From assembly GCA_964633195.1 (NCBI GenBank), contig CAZWFL010000015.1, positions 12,764 through 76,763 of the forward strand: a stretch of DNA of 64,000 nucleotides. The letters run 5' to 3'. The stretch comes from an uncultured Rikenellaceae bacterium. GTDB taxonomy: Bacteria > Bacteroidota > Bacteroidia > Bacteroidales > VadinHA17. Both the position numbers and the translations under genes were made by a program. The notes below the pieces were generated by a model. The model searched no databases. It saw nothing but the letters and a program-made list of their open reading frames with translations, and was not told the origin of the DNA. Numbering within the stretch: the stretch's first letter is position 1; every line of letters starts with the position of its first letter. Below are positions 1 to 9,992 of the stretch, piece after piece.

Positions 1-1
1 T

Positions 2-2014
2 TCATGCGATAAGCAAACTACATTCACCGACGAGCCACCGGCAGCCACAATCGACAACAGCCTTACCGCAGAGGAGAAAGAGGCAGGGGTTATGACTCCT
101 GAAATTATGTGGAAATTCGGCAGGCTTGGTTCATTTGCGCTTTCGCCCGACGGATTGTGGGTTCTCTATACGGTTACAAACATTGATCTTAAAACTGAAG
201 CCAGGGAGACAAACATTTTCAAGATATCATCATCAGGAGGTGAACCTGTAAGGCTGACAGCCGCAGGCGGAAGTTCTCCGGCATGGTTCGATAATGGAAA
301 TAAGATCGCCTACGTTAAAGGAGGCAATCTGATAACGATGAACGCTGATGGTTCAGAAAAACAGGAAGTAAGTGGTTTATCAGACTTCGAAATATTCAGC
401 ATCTCGCCGGCAGGAGACAGGATCTGGTTTACCAGAAGGGTAAAGCTTGACCAGACGGCAAACGAGAAACATGATCTCCCAAATGCCAGGGTGCGCATCA
501 TTAATGACCTTATGTACCGCCACTGGAACTACTGGAGCGATTATTCATACAGCCATATTTTCGTGGCATCTTTCGACGGCATTAGTGTGTCGGGGGGAAA
601 AGATATTATGGAGGGACAGAGATTTGAATCACCACTGGCTCCGTTCTTTGACGATAGTGAGATCTCCTGGAGTCCCGACGGAAAATATATTGCCTATACA
701 AGTAAAAGGCTTACAGGAAAGGAGTATTCAAAAAGCACCAACTCCGATATTTACCTATACGAGGTTGCAACCGGAAAAGAGGTTAACATTACCTCCGGGA
801 ACACGGGCTATGACAGGTGCCCTGTATTCTCACCCGACGGATCAAAAATTGCTTACCAGAGCATGGCCAGGGATGGTTATGAGTCAGATCTTGACCGTCT
901 CTTTATTTACGACATAAACAGAGGCAGTCGCAGCCGGCTCTCCGGAGTATGGGATTTCAATGTTGAAAACATTAACTGGGCAGACAATGAGAACATATAT
1001 TTCAGCTCGCCCTACCTTGGGACCACACAGATATTCACCGTTAATATCTCAGCAGGCAGGGTTGCAAAGGTGACAGAGGGAGTACATGATCTTAACCCTT
1101 TGAAGCTCAAATCAGGGGTGTTGATCACCGGTCTTGTTTCGATGTCGATGGCTCCGGAAATTGCCCGTGTTGACATGGCTTCAGGCAAGGTGGATCAGAT
1201 AACTTTCATCAACAGGGAGATATACGAATCAATCAAAATGGGGAGGCTTGAGGAAAGGTATATCAGAACGAGGGACTACATGGATCTGCAGATGTGGGTA
1301 ATCTATCCTCCCGATTTCGATCCTTCAAAGAGATACCCTGCACTTCTCTACTGCAAGGGCGGGCCTCAGGGTCCGCTCGGACAGAGCTGGTCATACCGGT
1401 GGAACTATCAGATGATGGCAGCAAAGGGATATATAGTGATTGCCCCCAACCGTCGCGGCAACTCCGGCTTCGGCAGCGAGTGGAGGGAACAGATATCAGG
1501 CGACTACGGCGGTGCGAATATGCGTGATTACCTCGATGCAACCGACGCGATGGCTAAAGAGCCTTTCGTAGACGCTGAGCGGCTTGGGGCAGTAGGTGCA
1601 AGCTATGGAGGCTTCTCCGTTTTTTATCTCGCCGGTATTCACGGAGGCCGGTTCAAGGCATTCATATCACACTGCGGGATGTTCAACTTCACAAGCTGGT
1701 ACGGAAGCACTGAAGAGCTGTGGTTCCCCGACAAGGATATCGAGGGTCCCTACTGGAACATGCCACGCAGCTACAACTTCTCTCCCCACCTGATGGTCAA
1801 CAGCTGGGATACTCCCATACTTATTATAACGGGAGCCAACGACTTCAGAATACCTTATACCCAAAGCCTTGAAGCGTTCCAGGCTGCACAGTTACACCAG
1901 ATCCCGAGCAAACTGCTCTTCTTCGAGGACGAGACCCATTTCGTGCTGAAACCCCATAACTCGGTGATATGGCAGAGGGAATTCTTTGAGTGGCTGGATA
2001 TGTATCTGCAATAA
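2..2014 (+). CDS. S9 family serine peptidase (prolyl oligopeptidase / acylaminoacyl-peptidase type), 5'-partial
   Basis: N-terminal TolB/WD40-like propeller repeats (SPDG.., WSPDGKYIAY, FSPDGSKIAY) and a C-terminal alpha/beta hydrolase with a GASYGG nucleophile elbow. The frame stays open upstream of the ATG at 92 back to nt 2 and reads ..SCDKQ.., a probable lipobox Cys. The true start is therefore probably left of the window. Confidence 0.85.
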   Translation, partial: SCDKQTTFTDEPPAATIDNSLTAEEKEAGVMTPEIMWKFGRLGSFALSPDGLWVLYTVTNIDLKTEARETNIFKISSSGGEPVRLTAAGGSSPAWFDNGNKIAYVKGGNLITMNADGSEKQEVSGLSDFEIFSISPAGDRIWFTRRVKLDQTANEKHDLPNARVRIINDLMYRHWNYWSDYSYSHIFVASFDGISVSGGKDIMEGQRFESPLAPFFDDSEISWSPDGKYIAYTSKRLTGKEYSKSTNSDIYLYEVATGKEVNITSGNTGYDRCPVFSPDGSKIAYQSMARDGYESDLDRLFIYDINRGSRSRLSGVWDFNVENINWADNENIYFSSPYLGTTQIFTVNISAGRVAKVTEGVHDLNPLKLKSGVLITGLVSMSMAPEIARVDMASGKVDQITFINREIYESIKMGRLEERYIRTRDYMDLQMWVIYPPDFDPSKRYPALLYCKGGPQGPLGQSWSYRWNYQMMAAKGYIVIAPNRRGNSGFGSEWREQISGDYGGANMRDYLDATDAMAKEPFVDAERLGAVGASYGGFSVFYLAGIHGGRFKAFISHCGMFNFTSWYGSTEELWFPDKDIEGPYWNMPRSYNFSPHLMVNSWDTPILIITGANDFRIPYTQSLEAFQAAQLHQIPSKLLFFEDETHFVLKPHNSVIWQREFFEWLDMYLQ

Positions 2015-2237
2015 AGACGGAAGACGGAAGACGGAAGACGGAAGACCCCCGCCTGACCGCTGACGCAGTCAGTCGGGCAGGGAAGACGGAAGACGGAAGA
2101 AGAAAAGATAAAAGATAAAAGGACAAAGATAAAAGTTAAAAGGCGAAAGTAATGGATATTTACTGATTACTGATCACCGATTACTGATCTAATCTGTGCC
2201 CTGAGCCCTGAGCCCTGAGCTCTGAGCTCTGAGCCCA
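2015..2237. repeat. Heptamer tandem-repeat tract. AGACGGA x4.5 (2015-2046), then the palindrome CTGAC-GCA-GTCAG (2060-2072), then 22 consecutive heptads in one register (2084-2237). These are AGACGGA x2, AAGNNNA-type x8, TACTGAT-type x4 and GAGCYCT-type x5-6.
   Basis: Read directly. Unit boundaries were counted base by base. The tract starts on the base after the TAA stop at 2012-2014. Confidence 0.9.
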
Positions 2238-2362
2238 GCCGTCGTCCCTATAAATTGGGACTTTGGCTGGCAAAGCCTGTGCCCTGAGCCATTAAAGACC
2301 GAAGATAAGGATCCGCCGGCTGGCGGGAACGCAATTCCGCGACAGCGGAACGGAAGATGCTT

Positions 2363-3289
2363 TTATGATTTAAAAAGCAGGTTAAGTACAGTATCTGCCT
2401 TTTCTTCAAGGGGCAGGGATACGTCGATCCACTCTATTTTAATTCCTTTGCGTTCCATTTTCCTGAACCATGTCATCTGACGTTTGGCAAACTGATGTAT
2501 GGCCGTTTCCAGCGATTTGAACATTTCACCCCGGGTCAGGCTGCCCTGCAGGAATAATGTAATATACTTGTATTCAAGCCCGTAATAGATCAGTGTTTCA
2601 GCTTCAACACCCGCATCCAGCAATCCCTCTACCTCATCGATCAAGCCTGCATCTAAACGTTCTCTCAGCCTTCTTGTTATCCTCAGGCGCCTCTCCTCCC
2701 TTCCGACAAGGATACCAGTAACAAGAGCATTGATCCCCGGGAACGGCTCAGTCTCCTTATTCCGTGAGGCTTGATACTTTTCAATCTCAATGGCTCTCAT
2801 TGCCCTCTCCCTGTCATTAAGGTCGGTGATATTATGCGGCTTCCGTAAACTTGCCAGTATTTCTGCAAGCTCTTCCATGCCTTTTGCTTCAAGCTCCTGC
2901 CTGAGAGCAGTATCCACTGGCACATCAAGCATCCTGTATGATGAAAGAATGCTGTCGATATACATTCCCGAGCCGCCACATACTATCGGGAATATACCCC
3001 TCTCCTTCAGGCTCGCGCAGACATCCGTAAAATCTCTCTGGTATTCATAAACGCTGTACCTGTAACCCGGCTCTGCAATATCAATAAGATGGTATGGTAT
3101 TCTTCTCCCATTTACGATGTAATCATTATAGTCCTTACCGGTGCCAAGGTCCATTCCCCCGTATACCTGCCTCGAATCGGCGCTTATTACCTCTCCCCCC
3201 AGCCTGTCGGCCAGGGCAGCGGCAAGTGATGTTTTCCCGGAGGCTGTGGGGCCGGTAATAACCAGCATGTCATATTCAGTCTTTTTCAT
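2363..3289 (-). CDS. miaA: tRNA dimethylallyltransferase
   Basis: P-loop ITGPTASGKT directly after MKKTEYDML, with IPP-transferase-like sequence throughout. I prefer the ATG at 3289 (M15 of the 322-aa ORF) over the longest ORF start at 3331. Confidence 0.9.
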   Translation of the reverse strand: MKKTEYDMLVITGPTASGKTSLAAALADRLGGEVISADSRQVYGGMDLGTGKDYNDYIVNGRRIPYHLIDIAEPGYRYSVYEYQRDFTDVCASLKERGIFPIVCGGSGMYIDSILSSYRMLDVPVDTALRQELEAKGMEELAEILASLRKPHNITDLNDRERAMRAIEIEKYQASRNKETEPFPGINALVTGILVGREERRLRITRRLRERLDAGLIDEVEGLLDAGVEAETLIYYGLEYKYITLFLQGSLTRGEMFKSLETAIHQFAKRQMTWFRKMERKGIKIEWIDVSLPLEEKADTVLNLLFKS

Positions 3290-3365
3290 AACAATGCATC
3301 CGGTGTTTTCACGGGGAAAGCAAGTTACCATAAATTTCTTAATTTTGCCGGCACATTATTCCGTC

Positions 3366-3824
3366 ATGAAGGGAAGTTCAGGCAATATGGTGATAAAGAA
3401 CAGGAAGGCCTCACACGATTATGAGTTCCTTGAAAAATTCATTGCAGGGATCCAGCTTACCGGAACAGAGATTAAATCGCTGAGGCTCGGGAAAGCAACA
3501 CTTGCCGATTCCCATTGCATATTCCGGAATGGCGAGCTATTTATCAGGGGAATGAACATTGCCGAATACTGGTGGGGCAATCTGAATAACCATGATCCTT
3601 TCAGGGAACGGAAACTTCTGCTTACGGCGAGGGAACTGAAAAGGATGGAGAGGAAGGTAAAGGAGACAGGTCTTACCATAATAGTAATTAAGGTCTTCAT
3701 CAACGAGAGAGGCCTTGCAAAGGCAGAGATAGCCATATCGAGGGGAAAGAGGGAATTCGACAAGCGACAGACCCTGAAGCGCAGGGATGCTGACAGGGAG
3801 ATAGACAGGATAACCAAGAGATAG
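3366..3824 (+). CDS. smpB: SsrA-binding protein SmpB
   Basis: The C-terminal ~150 aa of the 227-aa ORF (..NRKASHDYEFLEKFIAGIQLTGTEIKSLR.. ..LLLTARELKRMERKV.. basic tail) is SmpB. The upstream part of the ORF overlaps miaA on the other strand and is not SmpB-like. The start is the ATG at 3366, with 3387 as an alternative. Confidence 0.88.
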   Translation: MKGSSGNMVIKNRKASHDYEFLEKFIAGIQLTGTEIKSLRLGKATLADSHCIFRNGELFIRGMNIAEYWWGNLNNHDPFRERKLLLTARELKRMERKVKETGLTIIVIKVFINERGLAKAEIAISRGKREFDKRQTLKRRDADREIDRITKR

Positions 3825-3826
3825 TA

Positions 3827-4549
3827 TCAGAAATTGGGACTGAGAAGATATCTTGAATAGAACTCCTTAATAGTGTTAACCGCCTCGTCGGAGGTGTCCA
3901 CAACAGTAAAGAGATCAAGATCTTCAGATGATATGTTATGTTCTTCGGCCAGCATATCCGTCTTTATCCACTCAACAAGGCCTTTCCAGTATTTTTGCCC
4001 GACGAGAATTATGGGGAATTTGCCGATCTTCCTTGTCTGGATAAGCGTAAGTGCTTCAAAGAGCTCGTCGAATGTTCCGAATCCCCCTGGCAGTACAATA
4101 AATCCCTGGGCATATTTCATGAACATTACTTTTCTTACGAAGAAATGGTCGAATGTTATCAGTTTGTCGGAGTCTATGAACTGGTTGGGACGCTGTTCGA
4201 AGGGCAGGTCAATATTGATGCCCACTGATTTACCGTTACCACGCCGGGCACCTTTGTTGGCTGCCTCCATGATGCCGGGTCCGCCTCCCGTTATCACACC
4301 GTAACCATTCTGCACCAGTTTAAAGGCAATATCCTCCGCGAGCCTGTAAAACTTATCATTGAAATGTGTTCGTGCGGAACCGAAGACAGATACACACGGA
4401 CCAATACGTGCAAGCTTCTCAAATCCCTCAACCAGTTCGGAAAGTATTTTGAACACCCGCCACGAATCGGTAATATGTATCTCATGCCATGCCTTTTGTT
4501 TAAATGCATCCTTGATCAGATCAGCTGGTTTCTCCATCTCTGCTAACAC
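3827..4549 (-). CDS. LOG family protein (TIGR00730-type nucleotide 5'-monophosphate nucleosidase)
   Basis: GGGPGIMEA and PGGFGTFDEL signature motifs. Confidence 0.85.
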   Translation of the reverse strand: MLAEMEKPADLIKDAFKQKAWHEIHITDSWRVFKILSELVEGFEKLARIGPCVSVFGSARTHFNDKFYRLAEDIAFKLVQNGYGVITGGGPGIMEAANKGARRGNGKSVGINIDLPFEQRPNQFIDSDKLITFDHFFVRKVMFMKYAQGFIVLPGGFGTFDELFEALTLIQTRKIGKFPIILVGQKYWKGLVEWIKTDMLAEEHNISSEDLDLFTVVDTSDEAVNTIKEFYSRYLLSPNF

Positions 4550-4564
4550 TAAAATTATAAAATC

Positions 4565-7402
4565 TCAAATATAGTTAATTTCTGAAGCCTCAAGTTCCTG
4601 TTTCAGGAATAATCCCGTATAGCTTTCGTTGCAGGCGGCAAGCTTTTCGGGTGTTCCTGAAAATACGATGTACCCCCCCTGTATCCCCCCTTCTTTACCA
4701 AGATCAACAATATAGTCGGCCATCTTGATCACGTCGATATTATGTTCTATTACAATAACTGTGTTACCCCTGTCAACCAGTCTGTTAAGAACATCCAGAA
4801 GGACTCTTACATCTTCAAAATGAAGCCCTGTTGTTGGTTCATCAAGAATATAGAGGGTTTTTCCCGTATCACGCCTGGCCAGTTCTGTAGCGAGCTTCAC
4901 TCTCTGTGCTTCCCCGCCCGAGAGAGTTGTTGATTGCTGCCCGAGCCTTATATAACCCAGTCCGACATCCTTCAGTGTTTTGATCTTGTGATAAATGGAA
5001 GGTATATTTGAAAAGAGCTCAACTGCATTGTTAACTGTCATGTCAAGCACATCGCTTATTGAATTGCCTTTATATTTCACCTCGAGGGTTTCGCGGTTAT
5101 ACCTTTTCCCGTTGCATTCGGTACAATGAACATACACATCGGGGAGAAAATTCATTTCGATGGTTTTCATCCCTGCGCCCTCACATCCCTCACACCTGCC
5201 ACCCTTTACATTGAATGAAAAACGGCCGGCAGTAAAGCCCCTTATCTTTGCTTCTGTAGTTTGTTCAAACAGTTTCCTGATGTCGGTAAAGACACCTGTG
5301 TAGGTTGCCGGATTCGATCTTGGTGTCTTCCCGATGGGTGACTGACTGACCTCAATCACCTTATCGAGGTATTCAGCTCCCGTTATATCCCTGTAAGGCA
5401 GGGCCGATTTCCCTGAGTTATGATACCTCCTTGCGAGTACCGGGTGAAGAGTCTGATTGATAAGTGATGATTTTCCGCTTCCTGATACTCCTGTTACGCA
5501 AATAAATGTTCCAAGGGGCAGGAGCAGATCAACATTTTTCAGATTGTGTCCCGATGCGCCTGTCATGATAAGGTATTTCCCGTTGCCTCTCCTCCTCTCC
5601 GGGGGTATGCTGATCCTTTTTTTGTTATTAAGGTATGAAGATGTTAATGTATCTTGCTTTTTTATCTCTCCCGGGGTTCCGAAGGCAACGACACGACCCC
5701 CGTTGCGCCCGGCACCCGGACCCATATCTATTATGTGATCGGCGGATAGGATCATTTCCTTATCGTGCTCCACCACTATGACAGAGTTACCCGAGTCACG
5801 AAGATGTTTAAGGGCAGATATGAGCCGCCTGTTATCTCTCTGATGGAGCCCGATACTTGGCTCATCGAGAATATAAAGAACATTTACCAGTTTTGATCCT
5901 ATCTGGGTCGCGAGGCGTATCCTCTGACTTTCACCGCCCGAGAGGGTTCTCGCGCCTCTGTTGAGGGATAGATAATCGAGCCCAACCTCGAGAAGGAACT
6001 GAAGCCTGTCTCTTATCTCTTTCAATATCCCGGCACTGATCCTTCTCTGTTTCTCTGTCATACTCTCTTCAACGACAGAGAGGAACGATGACAGTTCCCT
6101 GATATCCATCGACGAAAGCTCTCCGATATTCTTTCCTCCGATCCTGTAATAAAGAGACTCTTTCTTAAGTCTTTTTCCGCTGCAATCGGGGCATATCTCA
6201 TACTGAACGTACTGATCTTTCAGCCTTGAGCCATTCTTTTTACCATTTATCTGCTCACTATTGCCCACGAAATTCACCACGCCTTCAAATGTCAGGAAAT
6301 AGTTAGACGTCATCCCGAGGGGGGTATTGGATAGTTTTAGCACATCGTCCGATCCGTACAGCACTTTGTTGAGTGCTTCTTCAGGAATTTCCCCGACAGG
6401 TGTATCTATTGTAAAGCCGTTCCTGTCGGCAATAGCTTCTATCTGCCAGAATATCCAGGTGTTACGGTATTTTCCCAGCGGCTCGATTCCACCCTTGCGG
6501 ATACTAAGTCCGGGATCCGGGATCAGTTTTTTCAGGTCGATGCTTGAGATTTCCCCGAGACCGTTACAATGCGGGCAGGCTCCCTGAGGTGAGTTAAAGG
6601 AGAATGTATGAGGGGCAGGCTCGCTGTATGACAGCCCTGTTACGGGGCACATAAGGTGCCTGCTGAAATATCTTGGTTCATGACTCTCATGATCGAGCAC
6701 CATCATCATCCCGTCACCCTGATCGAGGGCAAGGAGGACAGAATCGTGAATGCGTTTGTCTGTGATCTCTCCTACCCTGAATTTATCGATAACCAGCTCA
6801 ATAAAATGTGTTTTATACCTGTCGAGCCTGAGCCCGTGCGACATTTCCCTGATCTCCCCGTCTGCTCTTACGTGCAGAAAACCTTTCCGTCTGAGTTGTT
6901 CAAAAAGCTCTTTGTAATGGCCCTTCCTGCCTCGTACCAGGGGGGCCAGAAAATAAACTTTCCGGTCTTTATAACGGCTTTTAACAAGTTCGATGATCTG
7001 ATCGTCCGTATATCTGACCATCTTCTCACCAGAGGCATACGACCAGGCCTCAGCAGCCCTGGCGTACAGAAGCCTGAGGAAATCATATATCTCCGTAATG
7101 GTACCAACAGTCGATCTTGGGTTCTTGTTGGTCGACTTCTGTTCTATGGAGATAACAGGGCTTAAACCCGTAATCTTGTCAACATCGGGTCGCTCCATGC
7201 CCCCGAGGAACTGACGTGCATAGGCTGACAGAGTCTCCAAATAGCGTCTCTGCCCCTCCGCATATATGGTATCAAAAGCGAGCGACGATTTACCGCTTCC
7301 GCTAAGTCCGGTTATTACCACCAGGTTGTTACGGGGCAGGGTGAGATCGATGTTCTTCAGGTTGTGAACACGTGCGCCCAGGATCTTTATCTCGCTTTTC
7401 AT
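4565..7402 (-). CDS. uvrA: Excinuclease ABC subunit A
   Basis: 945 aa with two ABC ATPase modules ([33 protein letters not shown]), LSGGE signatures and zinc-finger Cys clusters. Confidence 0.97.
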   Translation of the reverse strand: MKSEIKILGARVHNLKNIDLTLPRNNLVVITGLSGSGKSSLAFDTIYAEGQRRYLETLSAYARQFLGGMERPDVDKITGLSPVISIEQKSTNKNPRSTVGTITEIYDFLRLLYARAAEAWSYASGEKMVRYTDDQIIELVKSRYKDRKVYFLAPLVRGRKGHYKELFEQLRRKGFLHVRADGEIREMSHGLRLDRYKTHFIELVIDKFRVGEITDKRIHDSVLLALDQGDGMMMVLDHESHEPRYFSRHLMCPVTGLSYSEPAPHTFSFNSPQGACPHCNGLGEISSIDLKKLIPDPGLSIRKGGIEPLGKYRNTWIFWQIEAIADRNGFTIDTPVGEIPEEALNKVLYGSDDVLKLSNTPLGMTSNYFLTFEGVVNFVGNSEQINGKKNGSRLKDQYVQYEICPDCSGKRLKKESLYYRIGGKNIGELSSMDIRELSSFLSVVEESMTEKQRRISAGILKEIRDRLQFLLEVGLDYLSLNRGARTLSGGESQRIRLATQIGSKLVNVLYILDEPSIGLHQRDNRRLISALKHLRDSGNSVIVVEHDKEMILSADHIIDMGPGAGRNGGRVVAFGTPGEIKKQDTLTSSYLNNKKRISIPPERRRGNGKYLIMTGASGHNLKNVDLLLPLGTFICVTGVSGSGKSSLINQTLHPVLARRYHNSGKSALPYRDITGAEYLDKVIEVSQSPIGKTPRSNPATYTGVFTDIRKLFEQTTEAKIRGFTAGRFSFNVKGGRCEGCEGAGMKTIEMNFLPDVYVHCTECNGKRYNRETLEVKYKGNSISDVLDMTVNNAVELFSNIPSIYHKIKTLKDVGLGYIRLGQQSTTLSGGEAQRVKLATELARRDTGKTLYILDEPTTGLHFEDVRVLLDVLNRLVDRGNTVIVIEHNIDVIKMADYIVDLGKEGGIQGGYIVFSGTPEKLAACNESYTGLFLKQELEASEINYI

Positions 7403-7425
7403 CTCCGGTCTTTGCCCTCTTTGTT

Positions 7426-8385
7426 TCAGAATTCTTTTCCGGCCTGTTCAACAATACGCATTCCCTCTGAGGGGATCTTGATTGTATACTCACGGCCTGA
7501 TCGGGGCATTAAGCTGGGCTTCCTGAGCCACGGATTAAGGAATTTCAATAATTTGTAGTTTGTTCCGAAACTCTTTGCAAATTCAGCAAAGTCACTGACT
7601 GCAGCATCAACCCTGACCTCGTAGTAGTCAAGTGGCGGATAAAGCTCATCCTTCGGGATATCAAATCCGTAGTTTGCAGGATCGGATATAACAAGCTTAT
7701 ATGCCACGACCCTGAAAACATACCTTGCCGTTTCCTCAGTAAGAAGAAGATCATAGTAATTATTCTCTTTCTGTATTCTGATCTGCTCATCGACGGCTGC
7801 CCTGCCTCCGTTATATGATGCTGCGGCAAGTGTCCAGCTGCCAAATCTCTCGAACGATTTGCGAATATAATCACATGCAAACCGGGTCGATTTCTCGAGA
7901 TGGTATCTTTCATCAACTTCGGCATTGATCTCAAGGCCGGCCTCCCTGCCGGTGGCAGCCATTATCTGCCAGAACCCCGTCGCCCCTCTGGGCGATACTG
8001 CATTGGCGAATTCACTCTCTGCAGCTACCAGGTACTTGAAGTCATCCGGTATACCGTTCTCTTCAAGGATCTTCTCAATAACCGGCAGATACCTGTTTGC
8101 CCTCTTAATTATCATAATTGTTGAAGAGTGCCTGTATGCACTGGTGAGAAGCTCCCGGTCAAGACTTTCGCGCGTGTCGAAAAATTCCAGGGGCATCCTC
8201 TCTCCTGCAAAAGTGACATAATCCGGCAAAATGTAAGGCCGGTTGGCAAATACAGGATCACCTGTGGTTTCAACCTCCATTGTTTCCCCGAATCCTTTTG
8301 TGCTGGAAGTGATCAGATAAATCACTACTGCCAGCTTAACCAATATCACTGATGCGAATACAGATCTTTTCCCTGCCTTTGTCAT
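7426..8385 (-). CDS. Lytic transglycosylase (SLT domain) protein, membrane anchored
   Basis: N-terminal TM helix. SLT catalytic motif ..AESEF.. followed by GATGFWQIM and ..AAASYNGG... Confidence 0.8.
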   Translation of the reverse strand: MTKAGKRSVFASVILVKLAVVIYLITSSTKGFGETMEVETTGDPVFANRPYILPDYVTFAGERMPLEFFDTRESLDRELLTSAYRHSSTIMIIKRANRYLPVIEKILEENGIPDDFKYLVAAESEFANAVSPRGATGFWQIMAATGREAGLEINAEVDERYHLEKSTRFACDYIRKSFERFGSWTLAAASYNGGRAAVDEQIRIQKENNYYDLLLTEETARYVFRVVAYKLVISDPANYGFDIPKDELYPPLDYYEVRVDAAVSDFAEFAKSFGTNYKLLKFLNPWLRKPSLMPRSGREYTIKIPSEGMRIVEQAGKEF

Positions 8386-8425
8386 AATCTACCTTTTAAA
8401 TAATATTACCAGAGATTAACAATAC

Positions 8426-8583
8426 TATTGAATCCAATTATACCAGAAAATCAATTATTTGCCCCAGCCCTACTTTGCTTCGCGGAAGCTATGCGAAAGC
8501 GAAGAAGGGAGTAATTGATTTTGGCTTCGCCGAGCTCCTCCGTTCCGCGGAGTTAAAATCAATGGAAGCTTATTATTGAATCC
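8426..8583. other. Structured non-coding element flanked by the 10-bp direct repeat TATTGAATCC (8426-8435 and 8574-8583)
   Basis: AAAATCAATTA (8447-8457) is complementary to TAATTGATTTT (8512-8522). That arm can alternatively pair with AAAATCAAT (8555-8563). CTTCGC / GCGAAG / CTTCGC triplet lies in between. CTCCG-TTCCG-CGGAG hairpin at 8537-8551. No ORF longer than 7 codons on either strand. Confidence 0.5.
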
Positions 8584-8681
8584 GGATACTCATAAAAAAC
8601 AAAATGCAAAGGTAATACTTTTGCGGCTGAAAACCAGAAGAGCAATACTTAAATTGAGGATAAAACAGCTGTGAGGCTGTA

Positions 8682-9992
8682 TCAGAATTTATATGATAAT
8701 CCGGAGAATACCCCGAACGAGTAGGGATGTGTCTTTAGCCCGGGTATTTGCGTAAACGGGTTCAGATAATACCTGAATGTTGGTTCAAGGTTCAGGGACA
8801 CTTTGTCTGATATACTATACTCCATACCCATACCCAGGGAGCTGCTTATGGTAAATGGATTAAGTCCTTCTGTTCTGCCAACCATAAACCTGCTTCCTTC
8901 TGATGATGCATATACAGAATTGTTTATCAGCAGGTTATAGGATAATCCCCCGATAAGGTTCAGGTCAATTCCCCTGTTGAACACTTTATATCTCAGGAAA
9001 AATGGCATCTCAATATAACTGAAATTCTGCTGCAGTGAGCCATTAAGGTACTGAAGATCTGACTTAACCGGATCGAAAACATCAGCAGTATACCTGGTAA
9101 GTACTCGCTCTCCGCTTCTGTCGAGAAGGTAAATGTCCGAGTTATTGGTATAGATGGTTCCGCTTGAGGTGAGCACCCTGAAATTGGGATCTCCCTTTGT
9201 ATAATCAAATTGCCGGAATCCGCCGTAAGCGCTAATGCCTCCAACCTCATGTCCTATTGATGAATAATAGATCCCTGATTGTATGCTGAGTTTCCTGCCC
9301 AGCTGGTAAGAAAATGAAACACCTCCCGAATATGAAACGCGTGCCTGTTCAGAGGCCATCAGCTGTCGTGTAACTTCGTCGGCAGCGAAACTGATTCCTT
9401 TGTAATATGTTGGCGTTGCGAGGGCTGAAAGGGACCAGCGTTGAGTGCGGACGCTTTCATTATCATCTGTCAGGTATTCACTCTTGAGATCTTCCGAAGC
9501 CGGAAATTCCAATACTCTTCCCCTGTAAAGGGCAAGAACAGGTTCAGGAAGAGAAGCATCACTATCAATAGAAATATTACTCACAACAGGCAGGTATATA
9601 TTGGCCTCCTCCTTCTGCACATCAGCCATAACGGGTGTGCTCTCTTCAGCTACAATAACTTCATGTCTGACCGGTATATTGATGGGCCTGTTTTCACTTG
9701 AAGCAATAACAGCAGTGAGAGGATTAACATTTAATACAGGGGATTCCGGTTCGCTTATCGCAATAACCTGGTTATCTGACGGCACCACCAGTTGTCTGCT
9801 GTACTGATAAGCCAGCACGGCAAGTGAGACTACCACTGCTATCATTGCAGCACTCCTCAGCAGTACAAAAGGCCTGGTCTTTCTTCTGATAACAGGTTTT
9901 ATATTTGTCCAAACTCCCTGAGGAGGTAAAACTTCCAGATCTTTTAGTCCGTTCCTGAACAGTAGGTCAATATTTGCTCCGCTGTTATCCAT
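8682..9992 (-). CDS. Membrane protein with an N-terminal TM anchor and a C-terminal outer-membrane beta-barrel-like domain. It is the putative partner or anti-sigma of the upstream ECF sigma.
   Basis: The start overlaps the sigma-factor stop by 8 nt. One TM helix (AAMIAVVVSLAVLAYQY). The C-terminal half has alternating beta-strand patterns and ends ..FSGLSYKF, an aromatic terminus typical of OMPs. Confidence 0.55.
   Translation of the reverse strand: MDNSGANIDLLFRNGLKDLEVLPPQGVWTNIKPVIRRKTRPFVLLRSAAMIAVVVSLAVLAYQYSRQLVVPSDNQVIAISEPESPVLNVNPLTAVIASSENRPINIPVRHEVIVAEESTPVMADVQKEEANIYLPVVSNISIDSDASLPEPVLALYRGRVLEFPASEDLKSEYLTDDNESVRTQRWSLSALATPTYYKGISFAADEVTRQLMASEQARVSYSGGVSFSYQLGRKLSIQSGIYYSSIGHEVGGISAYGGFRQFDYTKGDPNFRVLTSSGTIYTNNSDIYLLDRSGERVLTRYTADVFDPVKSDLQYLNGSLQQNFSYIEMPFFLRYKVFNRGIDLNLIGGLSYNLLINNSVYASSEGSRFMVGRTEGLNPFTISSSLGMGMEYSISDKVSLNLEPTFRYYLNPFTQIPGLKTHPYSFGVFSGLSYKF

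Noticed and set aside
1845-2126. 93-aa minus-strand ORF covering the heptamer repeats
   Set aside because: Its open frame is a by-product of the stop-free tandem repeats and of the antisense strand at the peptidase 3' end. It has a repetitive nonsense composition.
2015-2237. Possibility that the tandem repeats are a CRISPR array
   Set aside because: The units are 7 nt and contiguous with no spacers. CRISPR repeats are roughly 24-48 nt separated by unique spacers. No cas genes are in the window.
2203-2237. GAG-every-7-nt block as a TRAP-type binding site, and the AGACGGA block as a CsrA/Rsm sponge
   Set aside because: TRAP sites have GAG/UAG triplets with 2-3 nt spacers (period 5-6), not 7. 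To my knowledge CsrA is not typical of Bacteroidota, and no such protein is encoded here. I keep this only as a generic protein-sponge idea in the finding, not as a call.
3141-3365. N-terminal 75-aa extension of the smpB ORF
   Set aside because: It overlaps the miaA 5' coding region on the opposite strand and is not SmpB-like. The ATG at 3366 gives a normal-length SmpB.
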